In this document: piece by piece, positions 1 to 9,617 of the stretch | How the letters are laid out: each line of letters starts with the position of its first letter | Position numbering within the stretch: position 1 is the stretch's first letter | Source: Amoeboradix gromovi X-113 | Lineage: Eukaryota > Fungi > Sanchytriomycota | DNA length: 18,870 bases | Assembly (NCBI GenBank): GCA_018985225.1 | Contig: JADGIF010000120.1 | Coordinates: forward strand, 1-18,870 | Direction: 5' to 3' | Position numbers and translations under genes: made by a program | Notes under the pieces: model-generated | Told to the model about the DNA's origin: nothing | Databases searched by the model: none | Seen by the model: only the letters and a program-made list of their open reading frames with translations

Positions 1-120
1 AGAATATTTATTCTCCTTTTATACTCGTCAACTCCGCAACTAGCTGCATGTCCACTCGCCTCTTAAATAATGTTCCAAGTTGTTACAGAAAGTTAGTCCA
101 GTTTTTATATTTGATGTCCC
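1..120 (+). mobile_element. MITE copy 1 (right part only; cut by window edge)
   Basis: Aligns by eye to 5550-5646 and to the reverse complement of about 13174-13315. Ends in the TIR AGTTAGTCCAGTTTTTATATTTGATGTCCC (91-120); junction CATATG at 120-125. Lacks about 23 bp present in the other two copies. Confidence 0.92.
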
Positions 121-340
121 ATATGGAAGTCTCATTTGACCTGTTTCACCTCTATGAGACACCTTTTGAAAGTTTGTCTACAATTTCTACAGCGTTTCCG
201 AAATTTCAGACTTGCTGCAGTCTAATAGATCGGCAAAATGAGTGTTCAAATTAGTGTTTGAACATTCGTTGATAAGATTGACAGGCATTTAAAGAATTCA
301 ATCTGCACTCAAAGCTGTCGACTCCTCAAAACTGGTAAGC

Positions 341-1393
341 ATGAATTTTCCGGCGGAAGTTTATGCCTCAATCTCCAAGTACCTAGATGAGTCTGATATG
401 CTCTCTCTTTCGTTAACAAATAAAGCCGTAAGTTTGAAAATTAAATCCTTTTATTTTAGGTTGAACATCAATAGTAGTAACGTCAAAAGACTTAGCCAGA
501 AAACAAAAGGCCGTATACACTTCAATGAAATCGCAATCCGTGGACACTTTGAGGATCCGTCACTACTAGCCGCTGTTTTTTCTCTACTAACTTGTACTAA
601 CCTGGATTTAGATTCCTCAATAGTGTATAATTCTAAATTCAAGTTCCCTTATGGTTTCACTGAGACTGTAAATCATTTAACTGTGGTAGACGATGCTCTA
701 GAACATCTGAATTTGCCGCACTTTACAAATTTAAATATTGTGACTTTAAAAAGGATAAGAAAAGGAAACTACGTTTCTGTCAAGAACTACAGCAACATTT
801 TTAAACTGCGCTTTGTGGACTGTGATTTCCAAATAAGATCTGAATCAGAGGATTACGTTTTTGGAGATAAACGTGTTTTAACAGTCATGGCTGAAAAATT
901 TGGCATGTCTAATATCACAGAATTAGTCTACGAAAGATCAAAAGCCACTTATAGCTCAATTGTGTTTGAATTGTACACTTTAACTGCTGTTTTATTTCCA
1001 AAAATCAAAAAATATACAATGAGGAACTGTTCCCTCTCAAGCTTGGCTCCCTTTAAGGATTGTACACATTTGGAATACTTAAGAATAGAAAATGACTTTG
1101 CAAAACTGGTTGGTGTTGATTTTGGGAAAAACCTAAAGCATTTGCACATTATCGCAGATAAAATTCACATTGACAAATGCATTTCAAACTTGAGGTTAAA
1201 GTCGCTGAAGATTATATGCCAAAAACTTTTGAGTGAGACTGTTATACCAGCTATGCCCGATTGCGAAAATATTGAAATTATTACCAGAAATGGAAAGATT
1301 AGTAAAAGTTGTCAAACCTGGTATTATTATAACAAAATCACTTGGATAAGAGTGGATGAGTCGGATGCACTAAAGGCCATTAACCCAAAGTAA
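341..1393 (+). CDS. F-box protein with degenerate LRR C-terminal region (tandem paralog 1)
   Basis: N-terminal FPAEVYASISKYLDESDMLSLSLTNK fits the F-box pattern; LxxLxL-type repeats follow (LEYLRI, LKHLHI, LKSLKI); colinear with 1729-2778. Confidence 0.8.
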   Translation: MNFPAEVYASISKYLDESDMLSLSLTNKAVSLKIKSFYFRLNINSSNVKRLSQKTKGRIHFNEIAIRGHFEDPSLLAAVFSLLTCTNLDLDSSIVYNSKFKFPYGFTETVNHLTVVDDALEHLNLPHFTNLNIVTLKRIRKGNYVSVKNYSNIFKLRFVDCDFQIRSESEDYVFGDKRVLTVMAEKFGMSNITELVYERSKATYSSIVFELYTLTAVLFPKIKKYTMRNCSLSSLAPFKDCTHLEYLRIENDFAKLVGVDFGKNLKHLHIIADKIHIDKCISNLRLKSLKIICQKLLSETVIPAMPDCENIEIITRNGKISKSCQTWYYYNKITWIRVDESDALKAINPK

Positions 1394-1728
1394 ATTTTTG
1401 ATGTCTTGAGTTGCTTTCACGCTTTTCATTACTTTAATGGATAACTGAGGACTGGAATAGCTGATTAAACTACTACTAGGTACTAATTTTATCTATTAAT
1501 AATAATTATTTCAGCCGTCTCTGCAGTAAATAACTAAATATCTTGTTTCGTTTTTCAAGCATGAGACTTGATCAACTAATATAGCATTATGGCGTAAACC
1601 CGAATACAACTAAACCTAGCAAACCCTACAGAATGTCGATGGTAATATACATTACATTGTTTCGCTCCATCGATCGTACATGATTTAGATCGAAGTTATG
1701 ATAAGGCATGCACTCCTGTAAACAGCTG

Positions 1729-2778
1729 ATGAAATTTCCTACAGATGTCTTTATGATGATCTTGAAGTATCTTTCCAAAGCAGATGTGTTGGCACTATTA
1801 CTTACAAACAAAAGTAACTATTGTAGGATTAAATCCTGTAATTTGGAATTGGTCATCACAAGCGATAACATAAAAGTGATTTCCAAAAGGCTCTCAAAGC
1901 AAATTCGCTATAACAAAATCTTAATTAAAGGAGACTTTGAGAACCTATCAGATTTTCATAATATTTTTAAATTTACGACTTGTACTCTTCTGGAGATTGA
2001 TTCTTCAATCATATTTAACTCAAATATCTGCCTCCCAAGCTACTTCACTGAAAACGTGCAGCATCTCTGCGTTGTAGATGATGCTTTGGAAGTTTTAGAT
2101 TTATCCACTTTTACATCTTTATCGACGGTTACATTGAGGAAAATATCTAAAGGCCAATACACTGCAATTAGAAACTTCCCAAGGATACAGAAAATAAGAT
2201 TTATTGAATGTGATTTCAAAATCAGATCCGAGTATGAGGATTACGTATTTGGCAACAATAATGTTTTGGACACTATCAGATCCAAATTCGCGACGGAGAA
2301 TATTACAGAGGTCGAGTATGAGAATTCCAAAGCTACTTTTGGATCAATCGTGTTTGAATTGTACTCTATGAATGCCATTTTATTTCCTAAAATTAAGAAA
2401 TACACAATGCGGTATTGTACGCTATCTGGCCTTGAACCATTTACTGAATGCCGTGAGTTGGAGTATCTGAAGATCGAGAATCATGTGGTAAAATGGCAGG
2501 GATTGAAGTTCGGAAACGCTTTGAAACATCTGTATTTAATTGCTGACAGCATTTATATCGACAAATGCATATCACTGCTTAAACTGAAAAATTTGAAGAT
2601 CATATGCCAAACTTTGGTTAGCACCTCAGTCATATTAAAGATGCCAGACTGCGATAACATTAAAATAAGTACTAAAAACGGCAAAGTCGTTAAAGCTTCA
2701 GGAAAGTGGTATTACTACAACAAGTTAAACTGGATTGAGGTAGTGGAATCAGATGCACTGGCTTGTATTAACCAGTAA
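1729..2778 (+). CDS. F-box protein with degenerate LRR region (tandem paralog 2)
   Basis: FPTDVFMMILKYLSKADVLALLLTNK F-box. Start placed at ATG 1729 rather than 1708 by alignment with paralog 1 (MNFP / MKFP). Shared blocks VVDDALE, IRSExEDYVFG, SIVFELY, LFPKIKKYTMR, WYYYNK. Confidence 0.8.
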   Translation: MKFPTDVFMMILKYLSKADVLALLLTNKSNYCRIKSCNLELVITSDNIKVISKRLSKQIRYNKILIKGDFENLSDFHNIFKFTTCTLLEIDSSIIFNSNICLPSYFTENVQHLCVVDDALEVLDLSTFTSLSTVTLRKISKGQYTAIRNFPRIQKIRFIECDFKIRSEYEDYVFGNNNVLDTIRSKFATENITEVEYENSKATFGSIVFELYSMNAILFPKIKKYTMRYCTLSGLEPFTECRELEYLKIENHVVKWQGLKFGNALKHLYLIADSIYIDKCISLLKLKNLKIICQTLVSTSVILKMPDCDNIKISTKNGKVVKASGKWYYYNKLNWIEVVESDALACINQ

Positions 2779-2916
2779 ATATATTATTAATTTCATCAAT
2801 ACTTATTTACAAATGTCATCTAGAAGTAGATATAGACCTTATGGCAGCAAGAAACATTATTTAACGTATATATATCTCTATTTAATCCCACCTCAGGTAG
2901 TAGAGTGAGAAAGCAG

Positions 2917-3057
2917 ATGGACCGGCTGTTTCTTAGTGAAATTCTTGATTTTATAGTAAAGTATGACTTTCAAAGAGTGCTAAAAATGGTGGTCTCAAGT
3001 CAAAACAACCACAAACTCGTTTGCATTCGCTTGCAAAACCAGACAAATCAAATTTAA
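2917..3057 (+). pseudogene. Possible decayed F-box gene fragment
   Basis: ATG 2917 opens MDRLFLSEILDFIVKYDFQRVLKMVVSSQNNHKLVC..., a loose F-box-like pattern directly downstream of the F-box pair; stops after 46 codons. Confidence 0.25.
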
Positions 3058-3306
3058 AAATAGTATCCGATATTTCAATACCAAAAAATTAGGTGAAACG
3101 GTGGTGATCTCATGTGGATTCATTACGCTGTACATGAAATTATAGAACTTTTGAGTTGTTTTACTCTTCATATTTGATGTCATCTCTTTTGAGCACTCGA
3201 AATATAAATACCCGCAAGTGTGTTTCTGTTTCAGGGTGACACAACGGTCTCCAGGTTTAGATTGGGGTGTAAATCAGATCTCACCCTCTTCTAACTACAA
3301 CGAATT

Positions 3307-4923
3307 ATGTTACTTCTCTTTATATCAGCATTTTCTCAGAGAATTAGCGCACTGAAACATTTCGATAGCGTTTCAATAGAGAACAGAGCATATGAATTAA
3401 AAGCTCTCAGTTTGAACGTTCTTTACAGGTTAGAATCCTCGGAAGAACCGCATGCATTTATCACACCATTAAATGTTTTGAAAGATGGAGATGTCTTTAT
3501 TTTAATGGATTTTATTGATCTTATTTTTGGGTTTGAGGAAGTTATAGATCGTAGGTACTTTGCAAAAGAGGCAAATGATGATGTGAATTACGATACACTT
3601 AAAGCAGACATTTACTCTCTGGGTGCAACAATTAAATCGATTCAAAACTCTGATTATGAATCAGATTACGATTGCTATAGCTCCACCCAAAGTGTTCAGG
3701 TACGGAGTGATTCATTCGATGACTTCGTCAATTTGATGATGGATTGCGATCCCAAAAAGAGACCTTCTATCAAGGAACTGAGGTCACATAAGTGGCTAGA
3801 TGTTTTAAAAGCACCCAGGTTGTCTAAGAAACCTAAGGATATTCGGATTAATAGTCTCATGCCTAATTCTAACACTTTCGGTATGTTTCAGCAAGTCTTT
3901 ATATTTTTAGATGGAAAAATGAAAAGTTTTGTGTTGGAAAACTGGAAAGGCACGTACATTGACGGCAACAGGTGTTCTTTAGAAGCTATAAATGAACTTA
4001 GTATCGCTAATACATTGAGTAACACCAATATCAGAGGCTTTAAACTGTGTTGGAAAGAAGAGAGTGTCTTTCGAATGGAAAAGTATTGTGAAATTAAATG
4101 CTTGTTTGAGTTACTTGACTGGAGCATAGCAAAATTACTTTCTAGATATCACAGACTACTCATTGCTAAACCAGATTATCTCCTTTTTTTAGTAAGAAAA
4201 AATGCAATTCATGTCCTTAGAGCGTTGAGTTACATGCATAGTTTTCGAGTATTCCACTTGAACATAACAATGGAGAACATACTTGTGAAATCAATTGATG
4301 ATGTTAATAGTGATATTAAACTATCGGACTTTAAAAGGTCATCAACATCTGTGGACACTAATGCTGAAAATTTGGGAGACGAAAACTATCTTCCAGAGGA
4401 CGCCCTTTCGAAGAAATTAACAATCGAAGCACTAGATAGTCTGATAAAATGTATTAATAGTCAGAAAACCGACTGTTACAGCATAATTCAAAAGATCAAC
4501 CAAAGTTATCCGAATTTAAAATTAGATGAGATTTTGGACTCAAATAAATACGAGGATAGTACTGGATCTGGAAAGCACAACATGGTGCGTAGTAATCTCA
4601 ACTCTTACTATCGGAGCTTGGACAAGTTGAAAATAGTCACTTACGATTCTGCTAAACTTGACATATTTGCACTTGGAAAGGTTTTGTATTTCATAATGAA
4701 GACATTGGATCCTTCAGGATTGCCGGAAAGTGACCCTGGTATTTGCTTTCAAAACAACATAAATTCAGATGATGTCACTCTCTCGCCAGAGATAGCTCAA
4801 AAGTATAAGATGTTATACAGCAGATATTTAAGATTGATCATAAAAATGATGAGTTGTAGTGAAGATGAGAGACCTTCTGCTCACAGTTTACTGCTCGAAT
4901 GGGAAATTTGTGGAGACATTTAG
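3307..4923 (+). CDS. Protein kinase-like protein: truncated degenerate kinase C-lobe followed by a second, probably inactive kinase domain
   Basis: Domain 1: KADIYSLG and MMDCDPKKRPSIKELRSHKWL (subdomains IX, XI). Domain 2: ALSYMHS-x-HLNITMENIL, IKLSDFK, KLDIFALG, MMSCSEDERPSA. Short hydrophobic N-terminus MLLLFISAFS. Confidence 0.85.
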   Translation: MLLLFISAFSQRISALKHFDSVSIENRAYELKALSLNVLYRLESSEEPHAFITPLNVLKDGDVFILMDFIDLIFGFEEVIDRRYFAKEANDDVNYDTLKADIYSLGATIKSIQNSDYESDYDCYSSTQSVQVRSDSFDDFVNLMMDCDPKKRPSIKELRSHKWLDVLKAPRLSKKPKDIRINSLMPNSNTFGMFQQVFIFLDGKMKSFVLENWKGTYIDGNRCSLEAINELSIANTLSNTNIRGFKLCWKEESVFRMEKYCEIKCLFELLDWSIAKLLSRYHRLLIAKPDYLLFLVRKNAIHVLRALSYMHSFRVFHLNITMENILVKSIDDVNSDIKLSDFKRSSTSVDTNAENLGDENYLPEDALSKKLTIEALDSLIKCINSQKTDCYSIIQKINQSYPNLKLDEILDSNKYEDSTGSGKHNMVRSNLNSYYRSLDKLKIVTYDSAKLDIFALGKVLYFIMKTLDPSGLPESDPGICFQNNINSDDVTLSPEIAQKYKMLYSRYLRLIIKMMSCSEDERPSAHSLLLEWEICGDI

Positions 4924-5334
4924 TGATTTAATGAAGTTGATTTGATTACGTTTCCATCACATTCGATCCATTTCAACAAATAAACAGGGGATGTTTTGCT
5001 TTTGGGATGTTCTTGAAGGGATAAGTGGGACATCCCACTTGAAAAAACAGAGAACTAATTTTCAAATCAGTGTATATCTCTTCACCTAGAGATTATGAGA
5101 ATATTTCTACTATAATTTCTTTTATACTAACTGGGTCTTTCACAATAGCTCAAAATACATTCAAGAAGTTGAGAATTGGGTTCATTTTCTTTACAACCTT
5201 TCGGAATTGTACAAGCGTAGTAATTAATTTAGAGTCATTTAATCAGTCTTGGTGCTCCTGGTCTCTTCATCTCTCGAGGTTTATCGCTGGTGCATTAACC
5301 TCATGGCTCTTTCATGATAAAATAATAAACAGAT

Positions 5335-5646
5335 GGGACACCAAATATAAAAACTAGACTAACTCGTTTTTAGAGGTGCACCATACGCAGGAAATGCTAT
5401 CGTTAATAAAAGATCTTCTATTATACCAAGATTCTTTCATTGATTGTATTCCTCTTCAAAATAAAACTAGAGGACCCTGAATCTCGTTCAAATACATGAG
5501 GTCTTTGAGCATCTAAGCAAAGGTGCATTTTCTTAGACGGTACTCTTTTAATGTCCACTCGCCTCTTGAATCCATAAAATTAATAAAGCTGAAATAATGT
5601 TCCAAGTTGTTACAGAAAGTTAGTTCAGTTTTATATTTGATGTCCC
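5335..5646 (+). mobile_element. MITE copy 2 (312 bp, internally deleted)
   Basis: Imperfect ~30-bp TIRs GGGACACCAAATATAAAAACTAGACTAACT (5335-5364) and AGTTAGTTCAGTTTTATATTTGATGTCCC (5618-5646). Interior matches the reverse complement of copy 3 minus about 196 bp. No transposase ORF. Confidence 0.93.
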
Positions 5647-5664
5647 ATATGTAAATCAAGTTAT

Positions 5665-6333
5665 TTATTTATAGTTACTTTCAATTAAAGCAGAGAATTC
5701 AGTACTAACCTCAATTCTGGATGTTAAATACTCAAAATCCTCTGGTTTAATTTGAGGGTTACATATTTTCAATATATCCTTGATTTGTTCAAGATTAACA
5801 TTATTCCTATACAAGTAGTAAATGATGTAAGCTCTGAAATCTTTCACATTGCTTAATTTAGAAGGATTACGCATAGCGTCAAAGGTCTCTTGTACATTAG
5901 TGCGAATAAACTCATCAAAATATGTCATGTAGGCATTACCGCCAGATATGTCAATGTACGACCATAGCACTGAAAGATAATCACTGCTGTATGCATCTTT
6001 GTTGTTTAAAAACAAATTATAGACGGTTGGAGACCGAAACTTTTCAAATGATAAAAACCAATTCATTACAAAAGGAACCTTAATAGAACTAGCTAAATCA
6101 TTACAATTTCGAGTTTGCTCAATAGTGAAAGACGTCTTTTGATCTGTTGGAAAAGGGCACCTAAGTAAAGACTGCTTGTTAACGTAATCATTATATCGCA
6201 AAAGCTCATCGTGACTAATGCCCTTATTGCTAACGGCATTATATAGAGGTGCGAAATATCTTGACACTTGCCACTCATGAAAATTAAATAGAGGATCTGA
6301 TGATGCGAACAACGTGAAAAGAAATAAAGTCAT
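5665..6333 (-). CDS. Hypothetical protein, possibly secreted
   Basis: 222-codon ORF, short hydrophobic N-terminus (MTLFLFTLFAS), TTACCCCTT motif 8 nt upstream, stop overlapping AATAAA. No domain recognised. Confidence 0.75.
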   Translation of the reverse strand: MTLFLFTLFASSDPLFNFHEWQVSRYFAPLYNAVSNKGISHDELLRYNDYVNKQSLLRCPFPTDQKTSFTIEQTRNCNDLASSIKVPFVMNWFLSFEKFRSPTVYNLFLNNKDAYSSDYLSVLWSYIDISGGNAYMTYFDEFIRTNVQETFDAMRNPSKLSNVKDFRAYIIYYLYRNNVNLEQIKDILKICNPQIKPEDFEYLTSRIEVSTEFSALIESNYK

Positions 6334-6341
6334 ACGGTCTG

Positions 6342-6396
6342 AAGGGGTAATTACTTAACCCTAAAAGTTTAAGGGTGAAAAAATATGAAGGGGTTT
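6342..6396 (-). promoter_or_regulatory. Cluster of three ACCC(C)TT motifs upstream of the 6333 start codon
   Basis: Plus-strand AAGGGGTAA (6342-6350), AAGGGTG (6371-6377), AAGGGGTTT (6388-6396). The same 9-mer precedes the ATGs at 12627 and 17391. Confidence 0.45.
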
Positions 6397-7161
6397 ACTC
6401 CTTGAATTACGAGAATAATAAACATTGAGCACCCCAGATCCCAATTCATATCAAGCTTGCGACTCAAAACTATTTGAAGGCGACAAGTAATAAACAACAG
6501 GGGCAAGCTCAGTGTAATTTGGACCAAAATTATGAAACAATTTGTATGTAATGCATTTAATTAAAGTTAATGTTTCGGTTCCTATTAATATTCGTTTTGA
6601 ACCAGAGGAATCTGCGGCCGCATTTATTTGACTTAGGTAACTGCAATTCAATATCGCATTACAATTTAACAACCGCAAAAAATATGCTTGCTCGAAGGGT
6701 CTTCAATTCTTTGAAAGCTTGTTAATAACCAGTGAAAAGCATAATTGGCAGGAGAGATATAAATCCGGCTGTCCAGGATGATGTAAAAATCTGGCTGTTC
6801 CAAATTTAAGTATGTCCAAATATATCAAATATGCACTACCAATCCATAGAAGTTCCAATTTTACAAGTTCTTGGTGCCAATTGATTGTCTTCCACGCAGA
6901 ACTATGATTGATGACATGGACGCGTTTTTTTAATAAGACGGTGTCAAACACCTCGCCTCAATAAATAAATCTTTTTTTTCTGAAGTCAGTTAGACAGCGT
7001 GAAACGTTTTAAGTTAAAAACGAGTTCGATATCAAAGGATTCAAAAAATCATGACTATCTCTTTTGAAGGGTTGGATAAAGTACCATAAATCTTATTGGT
7101 CCCAAATGATTGGCTGCAAATGAGTGGAGAAAAATAAAACAAATTTTTTAATTAAAATAAA

Positions 7162-8496
7162 ATGATGGTCAACAAGAATTTTGGCGTCCTCCATATCGAA
7201 GTATTCATACCACCATATGCGATTAAGCAAACGACTTTAGAAACTGAAGATAATTGTGTAGGCAAGTATGTTAAAGGACTTGGTCAAATTGAAAGAAGTG
7301 TAAATCATTTTAGTGAAGATGTAGTAAGCATGGCGCTTACAGTAGTAAAAAACGCGTTAAAAAGTACTTCTGTATCCACTTCAGACATCGGTAGAATAGA
7401 TGTTGGTACAGAAACAAGAACAGATTATTCAAAGTCCATTGTTAGCCACTTGCAGCAATTAATCAAGAATACAGATATAGAGGGTATAGATTGTACCAAC
7501 GCCTGTTTTGGTGGAACTATGGCTTTATTCAATGCTCTAAATTGGATGTACTCACCATTTTGGAATGGTAAATATGCACTTGTTGTAACTTCCGATATTG
7601 CCATTTATAATGGTACACCTAATGCTACTGGTGGTGCAGGTGCTGTATGTATGTTAATTGGTCCAAATGCTCCGCTGTTAATCAATCCTGTTTATTGTAA
7701 TTTCATACAGCATGCATACGATTTTTTCAAACCGAATCCCTTGACCGGTACTCCTATAGTTGATGGTCCACTAAGTCTTAAATGCTATTTTGCTGCTTTA
7801 ATTGATTGCTACTCAAACTATAAAACCAAATCTAAAATTAGTCATTTGGAGCATTTTGATTTTCTCTGTTTTCATACGCCTTTTAGTAAGCAGGTCGAAA
7901 AGAGCATTTTATTATTAAAGGCATTTGATGCATTGAACAACTATGACAAATCCGATCTTGAAGTCTCCTTGAGCAGAGTAATGGATAAATACGAAATTAA
8001 GACAGTTTTGGAACTGCTGGGCCATAAGGTATGCTTCCAAGAATGCTTTGGTATTTGCAAGGAATTGATAGATGTGTTAGTTGGTAAATCACTACTTCTT
8101 CCGAGATATGTTGGAAATGCGTACTGCTCCTCATTGTTTATGAGTCTCTACAGCTTAATGGGTCATATAAAGAACAAAGACTTTGGTGTTGGTCAGCAGC
8201 AAACTAGCACAATAACAAATGCAAAAATTGGAATGTTTTCATACGGATCAGGATGTATGGCTCGATTTTACAGTTTGGATTTGATGGACTCGGATCTACT
8301 GACAATGAACGATCCAAAAATGGTTTTGAATAGAGAGTACATAGATTACGAGACTTTCAATTCTTGGATTAGTGAATTTCAAAATATGAGAACAACTGGA
8401 GAATGGGAAAACATGAGTTTAGATGGCGGACACAAGCACTATAGAGTGAAAAGTATCCAGAATTGGAAGAGAATGTACTGCATCACTAATAAATAA
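7162..8496 (+). CDS. ERG13: Hydroxymethylglutaryl-CoA synthase
   Basis: IGRIDVGTET (catalytic Glu), NACFGGT (catalytic Cys), SDIAIY, TGGAGAVCMLIGPNAP, HAYDFFKP, FHTPFSK (catalytic His), VGNAY, FSYGSG all present. Confidence 0.97.
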   Translation: MMVNKNFGVLHIEVFIPPYAIKQTTLETEDNCVGKYVKGLGQIERSVNHFSEDVVSMALTVVKNALKSTSVSTSDIGRIDVGTETRTDYSKSIVSHLQQLIKNTDIEGIDCTNACFGGTMALFNALNWMYSPFWNGKYALVVTSDIAIYNGTPNATGGAGAVCMLIGPNAPLLINPVYCNFIQHAYDFFKPNPLTGTPIVDGPLSLKCYFAALIDCYSNYKTKSKISHLEHFDFLCFHTPFSKQVEKSILLLKAFDALNNYDKSDLEVSLSRVMDKYEIKTVLELLGHKVCFQECFGICKELIDVLVGKSLLLPRYVGNAYCSSLFMSLYSLMGHIKNKDFGVGQQQTSTITNAKIGMFSYGSGCMARFYSLDLMDSDLLTMNDPKMVLNREYIDYETFNSWISEFQNMRTTGEWENMSLDGGHKHYRVKSIQNWKRMYCITNK

Positions 8497-8688
8497 ATTT
8501 AGTTTAGACTTATTTCCATCTATTTAGAGCTGTGAGAATATTTGCTATGACGTACAGCTCAACCTGAAGCAGCGGAGGATAGAGTTGTTGTGGTCAGTCC
8601 TCCATTTGCCGAGGCGAAACATGTAGAAAGTTCGATACCTGTATACAAGATCCGAGAGAAAAGATTTATTAATCTCTAAAATACAACC

Positions 8689-9291
8689 TCAATTTCCTTG
8701 CTTGGTTCTGCCGCTCTGTGCAATTCTGTTTGGAACAGCTTGTTGCGATATTCTGTATCCTGCATTTGAGGGCGTATAGTCTCCACACTGAAATTGGCTG
8801 GGCAACTTGTCTCGGGCATTACTAACCGGATAATGATATAAATACTGTGGTTGCTGAGGTACAAAATCTGGTGCATATTGTTGACTTAATTGTGTTTGAG
8901 AGTCACGGTTATCAAACGCGCTGTTTGCATAGCATTTCACCTCTTTTTGCTGCTGCTCATGTTCTTGGCAATTAGGTGGTGTACCTTTTTGAACAGCATT
9001 GGGCATGGGAATTGGGATTTTTTGATACAAAGAAGTCGCTTGTGGATTTTTGGATGGTGCGTGACCATCTGTGGCAGTATGGTTCTGAGTATTAGGAAGC
9101 AATGGAATAAATGGCGGATGACATGAGTTCTGCTTGTCGTTTGGGTTTGCTTTAGTACCATCAGATTCGCAGTTGTTCAGAATCGAGTTGTGAATATTGG
9201 CGTTTTGATCTAAATGTTGTAACTTGTCGGCCAAATGTCTCATTTTGGTGGCTACCTTGTCTTTTATAGTTTCTTTATTGCATTTAGTCAT
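8689..9291 (-). CDS. Hypothetical Q/P/N-rich, probably disordered protein
   Basis: About 200-codon ORF from the first ATG (9291; the ORF track starts at TTG 9324). Low-complexity Q/P composition; AATAAA shortly after the TGA. Confidence 0.6.
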   Translation of the reverse strand: MTKCNKETIKDKVATKMRHLADKLQHLDQNANIHNSILNNCESDGTKANPNDKQNSCHPPFIPLLPNTQNHTATDGHAPSKNPQATSLYQKIPIPMPNAVQKGTPPNCQEHEQQQKEVKCYANSAFDNRDSQTQLSQQYAPDFVPQQPQYLYHYPVSNARDKLPSQFQCGDYTPSNAGYRISQQAVPNRIAQSGRTKQGN

Positions 9292-9617
9292 TTGGAATCT
9301 GAGAATGTGATCCAATTTTAACAATGTCTAATTATTTATAGAGGCAATTCGGCGACTTTATAGGCACATTTGATAAACACCCTGATGCTCGAAACATTGG
9401 AGACTTTCGATATAAAAATTACAAGTATTCACAAAAACATGCTTCATAAAAATAATGAATTTATTTGGCGTTGCATCACAAAGAATGGGGCTAATGAACC
9501 TTTTATCAACTAATGCTTGTCGAAAATAAGCTAGCGACTGAGTTCTAATGCTAGATCTGCGTAAGGTTACAGATCAGTTAATAAATACTCCAGCTATTGT
9601 CTCTTTGCTGCATGTGA

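Noticed and set aside
1596-1628. Telomere-like or telo-box words (AAACCCGA, AAACCTA, AAACCCTA; also TAACCCTAA near 6356)
   Set aside because: Degenerate, non-tandem and too short to distinguish from background.
5230-5243. 14-bp match TAGAGTCATTTAAT to the MITE interior next to the copy 2 deletion breakpoint
   Set aside because: An isolated AT-rich 14-mer with no extension on either side; compatible with chance.
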